Positions 37,262 through 43,439 of a stretch of 43,439 nt of DNA are shown here, piece by piece. This stretch comes from Eubacterium sp. GTDB lineage: Bacteria > Bacillota > Clostridia > Lachnospirales > Lachnospiraceae. Within the stretch, counting starts at the first letter, position 1. The number at the start of each line of letters is the position of its first letter. The translations under genes and the position numbers were made by a program. The notes under the pieces are model-generated. The model saw only the letters and a program-made list of their open reading frames with translations. It ran no database searches and was not told where the DNA came from. Location: assembly GCA_051879635.1 (NCBI GenBank), contig JBJEMK010000081.1, positions 1 through 43,439 of the forward strand, in the 5' to 3' direction.

Positions 37262-38650
37262 CTATCTTATGTTTTTGCTCTTTAATTCATATGGATGGTT
37301 ACCACCCGTTTTATTTGTGCAGCCTAAAAGTATTGAATCTACAAAATCATATCCACTTGATTTTACAATATTAACCTGCGTTTGTAAATGCTTTTCAACA
37401 TCCGAAACTGTCAAATCATCAAGAAAAACGTCTTCACCACTCCTTAACATATTTATAGGCAGCAACAGCCTTTTTCCAAGATTTTGTTTTTCTAGCTGAG
37501 CAACTAAATCAGATGCTGTGATAAGACCTGAAACTGTAATATTCTCTCCAAAAAAATTATTTATTATCTTATAAACATTAACTTTAATATTAGGAAAATA
37601 ATTTTGAATCTTGCATGAAAGTTCTTTTATGACAGGGTATGCCAACGCCCCTGTTGCTATTGATATTTCTTCAGATTTACTTTTTATAATGCTGCATTTT
37701 TCATTATCAAGAAGTATTTCCTGTAATGCTCTTTGCACCTCATTCACCAAAATACGTATCATTCCTACACCATTTTCTAACTGCGGATATCCGTCATAAT
37801 GTTCTTCCGGTGGTACATCTCTGCCTGCCATAATGTACCATTCATCACTGGCATATATAAAATTACGATTATATTTCTGCCTGAACATATTTTGATAATA
37901 CTCAATGGTTTCAATAAGTTCTACGCAGTCATTTTTGGTAAACTGCTCCAATGGATATAATCCGTCTCTATATTTTGTGAGTCCACTTGGAACAATGGAC
38001 ACGCTTGTCATATTTTTAATATATTTTTCCAAATCAATTATGGTATGAACTAATTCCTGCTTATCATTTACTCCCTTACACAAAACAATTTGTCCATTCA
38101 TTTCAACATCTGCATCATTAAATTTATCAATATATTTTAATACATTTCCTGCAAAACGATTATTTAACATTTTACAGCGTAATTGCGGATTAGTTGTATG
38201 AATTGAAATATTTATAGGTGCCAGATTAAACTTTATAATTCTGTCTATATCTTTTTCTTTCATGTTTGTAAGTGTAATATAATTTCCCTGCAAAAAAGAA
38301 AGTCTGGAATCATCATCCTTAAAATATAAAGTATCCCTCATTCCGGGTGGCATTTGGTCAATAAAGCAAAAAATACACTTATTATGACATGATTTGTATT
38401 CATCCATAAGACTATTTTCAAATTCAATCCCCAGATCGTCTTCATAATCTTTTTCTATTTCAAGCAGCCATTCTTCTCCATCCGGTTTTTGAATAAGAAC
38501 TTCTATATATTCGTCCAAAGTAAGATATTGATAATCAAAAATATCTTCAATTTCGTTATTATTAATTGCCAACAGGTAGTCTCCTGCTTCAATTTCCATT
38601 TCTTCTGCTATTGAGTTTTGCTTAACAGATTTAATTAAATGTTTAGTCAC
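37262..38650 (-). CDS. DUF512 radical-SAM protein with N-terminal PDZ-like domain
   Basis: 462 aa with a CxxxCxxC cluster, CHNKCIFC. Position upstream of der is typical for Clostridia. Confidence 0.8.
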   Translation of the reverse strand: MTKHLIKSVKQNSIAEEMEIEAGDYLLAINNNEIEDIFDYQYLTLDEYIEVLIQKPDGEEWLLEIEKDYEDDLGIEFENSLMDEYKSCHNKCIFCFIDQMPPGMRDTLYFKDDDSRLSFLQGNYITLTNMKEKDIDRIIKFNLAPINISIHTTNPQLRCKMLNNRFAGNVLKYIDKFNDADVEMNGQIVLCKGVNDKQELVHTIIDLEKYIKNMTSVSIVPSGLTKYRDGLYPLEQFTKNDCVELIETIEYYQNMFRQKYNRNFIYASDEWYIMAGRDVPPEEHYDGYPQLENGVGMIRILVNEVQRALQEILLDNEKCSIIKSKSEEISIATGALAYPVIKELSCKIQNYFPNIKVNVYKIINNFFGENITVSGLITASDLVAQLEKQNLGKRLLLPINMLRSGEDVFLDDLTVSDVEKHLQTQVNIVKSSGYDFVDSILLGCTNKTGGNHPYELKSKNIR

Positions 38651-38674
38651 GGCATACCTCTTTGTAATTAATCT

Positions 38675-39550
38675 TTAATTATTTAGCATTAAAAATGCAG
38701 AAAGATTTCCACGTTTTCCATGACTGGCTCTATGAGAAAAAAGCCAGTTGCTATTATGACATGTACATATATCAGGCAGGTGTATATTTTCCGGTTTTAC
38801 TCCAGCATCAGCAAATACTGTATAGCATGCTTTCCACAAATCTAATAAATATTTACCATTAGATTTATTTACAAGAATATCATCAACATTTTGAGGAAAT
38901 TCCTTTATAAATTGCATTGCAACATCTTGACTTACTTCATAACAATCACGGCATATAGAAGGACCAATCTGCACAACAACTTCATATGGATTAGTCCCAA
39001 ATTCAGATTTCATTTTTTGTAATGCATTAAATCCAATTCGCCCTAACGTTCCTCTCCAACCCGAATGAATAAGTCCAATAGCTTTATTAACAGGATCGAC
39101 AATATATAGTGGAACACAATCGGCAAAAGTTGTATGCAATATAACTCCCGGCTCATTTGTGATTAAACCATCCACATTATCATAATCTCTTGCCCTTATA
39201 ATTCCTTTGCCCTTATCTGCTGCAGACACTCTAATTACATTAGTTGTGTGAGTTTGTTTTGTTGCCACAATATTCTTATAATCAATACCTATTGCACTAC
39301 AAATGCGATTATAGTTTTCTAATACATTTTCAGGGTTATCGCCTCTATCAAAACTTAAATTAAGTGATGAAAGATGATGTCTGCTTACGCCGCCAAGACG
39401 AGTTGAAAATGCAGCTGTTACAATATTGGTTCTTTCCAATGCAGGAAAGTATATAAATGGTGTTGATTTTTGATTTATATAACAGCTTTTTTTATCACCT
39501 GTTCTTATGACAATATAATCATTTATTTTTTCAAATTTATTATTCTTCAT
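38675..39550 (-). CDS. pgeF: Peptidoglycan editing factor PgeF (YfiH/DUF152, 'laccase domain' protein)
   Basis: 291 aa with family motifs QTHTTNV, FADCVP and HSGWRG. Confidence 0.88.
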   Translation of the reverse strand: MKNNKFEKINDYIVIRTGDKKSCYINQKSTPFIYFPALERTNIVTAAFSTRLGGVSRHHLSSLNLSFDRGDNPENVLENYNRICSAIGIDYKNIVATKQTHTTNVIRVSAADKGKGIIRARDYDNVDGLITNEPGVILHTTFADCVPLYIVDPVNKAIGLIHSGWRGTLGRIGFNALQKMKSEFGTNPYEVVVQIGPSICRDCYEVSQDVAMQFIKEFPQNVDDILVNKSNGKYLLDLWKACYTVFADAGVKPENIHLPDICTCHNSNWLFSHRASHGKRGNLSAFLMLNN

Positions 39551-39555
39551 TTATA

Positions 39556-39891
39556 TCACATGCAGCCAAATGCATTTTTGATATGCTCAATTTTATTTCC
39601 TTTTATAAGAATTACATCAAATCTGCATGGCGTGTCCATCCCCAGTCTGTTCTTAATAAGGTAAAACTGTGCCACTTTGAATATTTTATTTTGCTTATGT
39701 GCGTCTACAGCTTCACCCGGTTCACCCATATGTCCATCTTTTCTATACTTTACTTCAATAAAAACAATATAATTATTATCACAAGCAATTATATCTATTT
39801 CACCTATTCTGCATCTAAAATTACAGGCAATTATATTATATCCTTTATTTAGCAAATAATCCACAGCCAATTGCTCATAATCAGCCCCCAC
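39556..39891 (-). CDS. YraN-family (UPF0102) endonuclease-like protein
   Basis: 111 aa as called from GTG 39889-39891. Motifs YLLNKGYNIIACNFRCRIGEIDIIA and VFIEVKYR. The true start may be further upstream (see finding). Confidence 0.85.
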   Translation of the reverse strand: MGADYEQLAVDYLLNKGYNIIACNFRCRIGEIDIIACDNNYIVFIEVKYRKDGHMGEPGEAVDAHKQNKIFKVAQFYLIKNRLGMDTPCRFDVILIKGNKIEHIKNAFGCM

Positions 39892-39920
39892 ATGTCTCTT
39901 ATTAATAATTACGTATCTCC

Positions 39921-40679
39921 TTAATTTGTAAAATTTCTAATAAATGTTTTTCTATGTATTGGAGATGGCCCCAGTCTTTTTATTGCTTCAATATGTGCAG
40001 CTGAGCCATATCCTTTATTTCCGGCAAATCCATATTCCGGATAAATCTTATCATATTCTGTCATCATTGCATCTCTGGAAACCTTTGCAATAATACTTGC
40101 TGCTGCAATGGATATACTTTGGGCATCTCCCTTAATAATACTAATCTGTTTTATGTTCACTTCCGGTATGTTTACTGCATCATTAAGAAGAATGGAAGGA
40201 GTTACTTTCAGTTTGGAGATTGCTTCTCTCATTGCCTCATAAGTAGCTTGTAAAATGTTGATTTCATCAATTCTTGCAGGACTGACAATTCCTATCTGTG
40301 CGTCAATTGCATTATTCATTATTTCTTCATACAATTCTTCTCTTTTATGTCTACTAAGCTGCTTAGAATCATTTATATATAATATATTGCAGTCTTTTGG
40401 CAGTATTACGGCACCTGCTACTACAGGTCCAGCCAAAGGCCCACGGCCAACCTCATCGATACCGCATATGAACTCATAATCATCATATTTATACTCAAAT
40501 TTTTTCATAAGTTCAGTGCGTTCACATTCTTTGTTATATAAATCTATCTTTTTATACATTCGGTGTAATAAATCTGTTACACCCTTTCTGCTGTCATCTT
40601 TAAATTTTACTAATTCATCTTCCAGACAATTTATAGGTATAGCATCTAAATATGACTTTATTTCTGAAATACTTTTCAT
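39921..40679 (-). CDS. rnhB: Ribonuclease HII
   Basis: 252 aa. Catalytic GIDEVGRGPLAGPVV and DSKQLS. Its ATG overlaps the rbgA stop (ATGA). Confidence 0.95.
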   Translation of the reverse strand: MKSISEIKSYLDAIPINCLEDELVKFKDDSRKGVTDLLHRMYKKIDLYNKECERTELMKKFEYKYDDYEFICGIDEVGRGPLAGPVVAGAVILPKDCNILYINDSKQLSRHKREELYEEIMNNAIDAQIGIVSPARIDEINILQATYEAMREAISKLKVTPSILLNDAVNIPEVNIKQISIIKGDAQSISIAAASIIAKVSRDAMMTEYDKIYPEYGFAGNKGYGSAAHIEAIKRLGPSPIHRKTFIRNFTN

Positions 40680-41566
40680 ATGTTATCTCCATCAATATTG
40701 CACTTTTCTAATGTAATACGGCCAAGCTTGCCACTCCTGAAATCATCGATAAGTATTGATGCAGCTTTATCGTAATCAAGTCTATTACCTTTTTTTATGC
40801 ATCCACATTTTTTTGCAATTTCAGATAGAATATCCAGTTCAGATAAATCAGATGAAATATCATATCTTTTTGTAATATTCTGTGGATATTCCTTTTTTAA
40901 ATATTTAATCAATTCCATAGCAAGTTCCGAAATATTTAATATTTCATCATTTATAGAACCGGCAATCGCCAGCCTTATTCCAACAGACTGGTCATCAAAT
41001 TTAGGCCATAGAATTCCCGGAGTATCTAAAAGTTCAAGATTTTTATTTAGTTTAATCCATTGTTTTCCTTTGGTAACTCCCGGTTTGTTGCCTGTTTTAG
41101 TACAGGCTTTTTTGGCATATGAATTAATAAAAGTTGACTTGCCGACATTTGGTATTCCAACAACCATTGCCCGTACAGGTCTTTTAATAATCCCTCTCCT
41201 TTTATCTCGTTCTATTTTCTCTTTACATGCTTCTAAAACCATATTATTAATTTGTTTAATTCCTGCACCACTTTTTGAATTTATTTTTATTACAAAAAAA
41301 CCTTTATTTGAAAACCATTTTGTCCACAATTCATTTTGTCTTTCATCTGCCAGATCTGATTTGTTAAGAAGAATTAATCTTGACTTATTTTTCCCTAATT
41401 CATCTATATCAGGATTTCTGCTACTCAACGGAAGCCTTGCATCAATAAGTTCAATAACAAGATCAATTAGTTTAATATCTTCCTGCATCATACGTCTGGC
41501 TTTCATCATGTGTCCAGGATACCAGTTGATCGAAGTGTTAGAAAAACCTTTTTCTTCATTACTCAT
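40676..41566 (-). CDS. rbgA: Ribosome biogenesis GTPase A (YlqF/RbgA)
   Basis: 296 aa. Circularly permuted G domain: NKSDL (G4) precedes GIPNVGKST (G1) and DTPG (G3). Confidence 0.93.
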   Translation of the reverse strand: MSNEEKGFSNTSINWYPGHMMKARRMMQEDIKLIDLVIELIDARLPLSSRNPDIDELGKNKSRLILLNKSDLADERQNELWTKWFSNKGFFVIKINSKSGAGIKQINNMVLEACKEKIERDKRRGIIKRPVRAMVVGIPNVGKSTFINSYAKKACTKTGNKPGVTKGKQWIKLNKNLELLDTPGILWPKFDDQSVGIRLAIAGSINDEILNISELAMELIKYLKKEYPQNITKRYDISSDLSELDILSEIAKKCGCIKKGNRLDYDKAASILIDDFRSGKLGRITLEKCNIDGDNI

Positions 41567-41641
41567 TTATATCACTTCCTTACTACTTTTCTTTTTCTAC
41601 TTGCGCTGTTTTTTGCTTTTATCTCAATGTGTAACACGTTT

Positions 41642-42769
41642 CTAAAATGTTTTAGTTCTAAATTTTTTAGTCGTTTTATACTCTTTAAAATATCTGAATA
41701 TTTTTCTATAACTAAAATCTTCTTCAGTCAAAGTCTTCTTTAGAATATATGCTCTGAATGAATTAGCATCTTTTTTATTTTTCCATAGTTTCTTTTGAAA
41801 AAAACTAGTATAAAACAACTTTGAAATCCATCTAGAAGCATTTAATTCTTTAATAATATATTTCATATTTTCTTTATATATTTTTAAATTATTTTCCTTT
41901 ATTGCTAGAGCGCTGTATTTAGCAGATAATAGTGCATAATAGATACCTTCTTGAGTTATGGAGTCTACCAATCCAGCTGCATCACCTATAAAAATAGAAT
42001 TTTCATCATAATATAATTTTTGTACCTTTCTAGGGATAAAAGCTCCTTTGATATTCTTTGTTTCAATATTATAACCTTTTTTACTAGCAAACTCTTTCAA
42101 TAATTCTAAATAATTAATCTTGTTATTATACAAATCTGTAAATCCAATCGTAGTATATTTCTCTTGTTGAAAAATCCAAGCATAACCATATTTAGTAATT
42201 CCAAAATTAAGATCTACTTTTGGTACTAATTTTTTACTATTTTTAATTCTTACTTCTAATCCAATTTGTTTATCTTTTGGTTTAATATTATATTTTGAAG
42301 ATATTCCCACAAAACCATCTGCCATAATTAAGTAATTATATAAAATTTTACTATCTTTTAAGTTTAATATATGTTTATCAAAAATTATTTCTGTTATTTG
42401 ATTATTTTCTAAAATTTTAATATTTTCTTCTAGTACTTTATTATAAAGGTAATTATCTAAGTCTTCACGATTAGCAGATGAAGAAAAATAAATGTAGATG
42501 TCTTCTTCATTTAGTTTCAAGCATTCTTGATAGTTGTTATAAACAATCAAATCATTTCCTTTTGAATAGTTTAGCTCTTTTTCTACTAACAGATCTATTT
42601 CTTTCATTAAAGTTACTGTTTTTTTGGTCAAAAAGCCAGAACAAGCCTTATGAATTTTATGATTGTTTTTATTAACAATACATATATCTTTAACTCCATA
42701 TTTTTTTAAGTAAAGTGCACTAAACATAGCAGCTGGGCCACCGCCTATTATAACAACATTATATTTCAT
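41642..42769 (-). CDS. FAD-dependent oxidoreductase, geranylgeranyl-reductase (FixC/COG0644-like) family
   Basis: 375 aa. N-terminal VVIIGGGPAAMFSALYL, KACSGFLT (the CGG-like site) and GDAAGLVDSITQEGIYYAL (GDAAG...GEGI family motif). RBS AGAGG. Markedly more AT-rich than its neighbours. Confidence 0.75.
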   Translation of the reverse strand: MKYNVVIIGGGPAAMFSALYLKKYGVKDICIVNKNNHKIHKACSGFLTKKTVTLMKEIDLLVEKELNYSKGNDLIVYNNYQECLKLNEEDIYIYFSSSANREDLDNYLYNKVLEENIKILENNQITEIIFDKHILNLKDSKILYNYLIMADGFVGISSKYNIKPKDKQIGLEVRIKNSKKLVPKVDLNFGITKYGYAWIFQQEKYTTIGFTDLYNNKINYLELLKEFASKKGYNIETKNIKGAFIPRKVQKLYYDENSIFIGDAAGLVDSITQEGIYYALLSAKYSALAIKENNLKIYKENMKYIIKELNASRWISKLFYTSFFQKKLWKNKKDANSFRAYILKKTLTEEDFSYRKIFRYFKEYKTTKKFRTKTF

Positions 42770-42887
42770 TTTTTACCTCTAATTTAACCATTGCGTCATC
42801 TAATATTAAATATTCTTTAATTACTCTGTTTTTATTATTTTTGAATGATTTTTGCTATTTTTCAATAAATATGTTTATTGTATTAAA

Positions 42888-42918
42888 AAGGAGCAAAATA
42901 CAATAGTATTTGCTCCTT
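42888..42918 (-). terminator. Rho-independent terminator after rplS
   Basis: 10-bp stem AAGGAGCAAA / TTTGCTCCTT with an 11-nt loop. On the RNA, GCUCC is followed by UUUUUAAUAC. Confidence 0.6.
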
Positions 42919-42928
42919 CATTGATAAA

Positions 42929-43276
42929 TTATTTTACTAATTCTTTTACCTTAGCTGCCTTACCAACTCTGTCGCGTAAGTAGTTAAGTTTAGCACGTCT
43001 TACTTTACCACGTCTTACTACTTCAATCTTTTCGATTGTTGGTGAGTGTAATGGCCATGTTTTTTCAACTCCTATGCCATTTGAATTCTTTCTTACTGTA
43101 AAAGTTGCTCTTGAACTTCCACCCTGCTTTTTAATAACTGTTCCTTCGAATACCTGAACTCTTTCTTTGTCACCCTCTTTAATCTTAGCAAATACTTTAA
43201 CTGTATCACCTGTATTAAATTCTGTGATTCCTTCTTTAATCTGAGCAGCTTCGATGTTCTTAATAATTTCGTTCAT
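42929..43276 (-). CDS. rplS: 50S ribosomal protein L19
   Basis: 115 aa from ATG 43274-43276 ([28 protein letters not shown]..., RBS GGAGG). Conserved [10 protein letters not shown] and [20 protein letters not shown]. The track's start at 43330 has no RBS spacing and would add a non-conserved 18 aa. Confidence 0.95.
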   Translation of the reverse strand: MNEIIKNIEAAQIKEGITEFNTGDTVKVFAKIKEGDKERVQVFEGTVIKKQGGSSRATFTVRKNSNGIGVEKTWPLHSPTIEKIEVVRRGKVRRAKLNYLRDRVGKAAKVKELVK

Positions 43277-43310
43277 TATTGCCTCCTTGTAATATTCGAT
43301 GTTCTTAATA
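43250..43310 (-). repeat. Perfect 16-nt direct repeat (plus strand ttcgatgttcttaata) at 43250-43265 and 43295-43310
   Basis: Read directly from the sequence. One copy covers rplS codons 4-9 (I-IKNIE). The other lies in the 5' UTR, exactly 45 nt (15 codons) upstream. The RBS and start codon lie between the two copies. Confidence 0.9.
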
Positions 43311-43351
43311 CATACGTAACAGAGGACCATCTCTTTTTAACAGCACTTGAC

Positions 43352-43380
43352 ATAATACCACAATATTATTTATTTTGCAA
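43352..43380 (-). promoter_or_regulatory. Sigma-A promoter for rplS
   Basis: Minus strand reads TTGCAA - 17 nt - TATTAT with an extended -10 TG (TGGTATTAT). The -35 lies inside the last codons of trmD. Confidence 0.5.
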
Positions 43381-43439
43381 GATGTTTTTAATAAACTCTA
43401 TATCTGATTTGGAAAGATTTGCATCATTTAACAAATCCG
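43366..43439 (-). CDS. trmD: tRNA (m1G37) methyltransferase TrmD, C-terminal 24 codons only
   Basis: The open frame ...DLLNDANLSKSDIEFIKNILQNK* enters from the window edge. The 'DLL...L(S/T)K' tail and the position just upstream of rplS fit trmD, but only 24 residues are visible. Confidence 0.5.
   Translation of the reverse strand, partial: DLLNDANLSKSDIEFIKNILQNK

Noticed and set aside
41627-41639. Imperfect 13-nt palindrome ATGTGTAACACGT, 2 nt after the FAD-oxidoreductase stop
   Set aside because: It has two mismatches. As RNA it would give only a 4-bp stem with a 1-nt loop, which is not a terminator. It might be a DNA-binding site, but nothing else supports that.
40797-41645. 282-aa plus-strand ORF, the longest plus-strand ORF in the track
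   Set aside because: It lies entirely antisense to rbgA, which has unambiguous GTPase motifs. Its translation is a Ser/Ile/Leu/Phe-rich low-complexity string, typical of the antisense frame of AT-rich genes. It has no RBS and no recognisable motif.
16891-43330. 5'-extended start sites used by the ORF track (16911, 18602, 25024, 30977, 32595, 37262, 43330)
   Set aside because: The extensions overlap upstream genes or promoters, lack Shine-Dalgarno spacing, and add non-conserved residues. Downstream ATGs with good RBSs reproduce the family-typical N-termini (orphan, COG2509, PhoH, TyrS, SpoIVA, Der, L19).
43277-43351. Rfam-type L19 leader structure in the rplS 5' UTR
   Set aside because: Only a weak AGAG/CUCU hairpin (around 43322-43335) is visible by eye, and I cannot recall the covariance model well enough to call it. 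I report the 16-nt repeat as the observation and leave the leader call for an Infernal scan.
1-43439. Search for tRNA/rRNA genes, CRISPR arrays, IS elements, integrases, toxin-antitoxin or defence-system genes
   Set aside because: The intergenic gaps are all 208 nt or shorter, and each is accounted for by promoters, terminators or small ORFs. No spaced repeat arrays, terminal inverted repeats or mobility or defence protein motifs were seen.

Overview
This 43.4-kb window is gene-dense core chromosome from a low-GC, endospore-forming Firmicute with Clostridia-type synteny. Hand counts of 100-nt samples give roughly 35% G+C in housekeeping genes. I can support 41 CDS, all on the minus strand. 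Two are truncated at the window edges, and two are under 60 aa and therefore missing from the ORF track. Transcription order (high to low coordinates): trmD' - rplS - AT-rich FAD oxidoreductase - rbgA(ylqF) - rnhB - yraN-family - pgeF - DUF512 radical-SAM - der - plsY - gpsA - cls - spoIVA - tyrS - 51-aa membrane micro-ORF - alaS - rpsU - yqfC - yqfD - phoH - ybeY - DUF3048 - cdd - SpoVB/MurJ-type flippase - BofC-like - HI0933-type flavoprotein - COG2509-type flavoprotein - 395-aa orphan - DUF896 - 5-formyl-THF cyclo-ligase - miaB - mutS - mutL - miaA - YnbB-like PLP enzyme - radC - mreB - mreC - mreD - PBP2 - minC'. I saw no rRNA, tRNA, CRISPR, transposase, integrase or phage genes. Only three convincing intrinsic terminators are present (after rplS, spoIVA and rpsU). 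Many gene junctions are ATGA/TAATG-type overlaps. I do not see a convincing new multi-gene system; the window looks like conserved housekeeping and sporulation synteny. The leads worth a second look are: (1) a strongly AT-rich geranylgeranyl-reductase-family flavoprotein sitting between rplS and rbgA; (2) a 395-aa orphan protein with its own near-consensus promoter at the head of the DUF896-MTHFS-miaB-mutSL-miaA cluster; (3) a perfect 16-nt in-frame direct repeat bracketing the rplS ribosome-binding site and start codon; (4) a divergent MreB with an altered phosphate-2 loop and an acidic insertion; (5) tyrS and alaS without T-box leaders, linked by a 51-aa membrane micro-ORF; (6) a translationally coupled pair of uncharacterised flavoproteins; (7) a PBP2 carrying a ~235-aa insertion.
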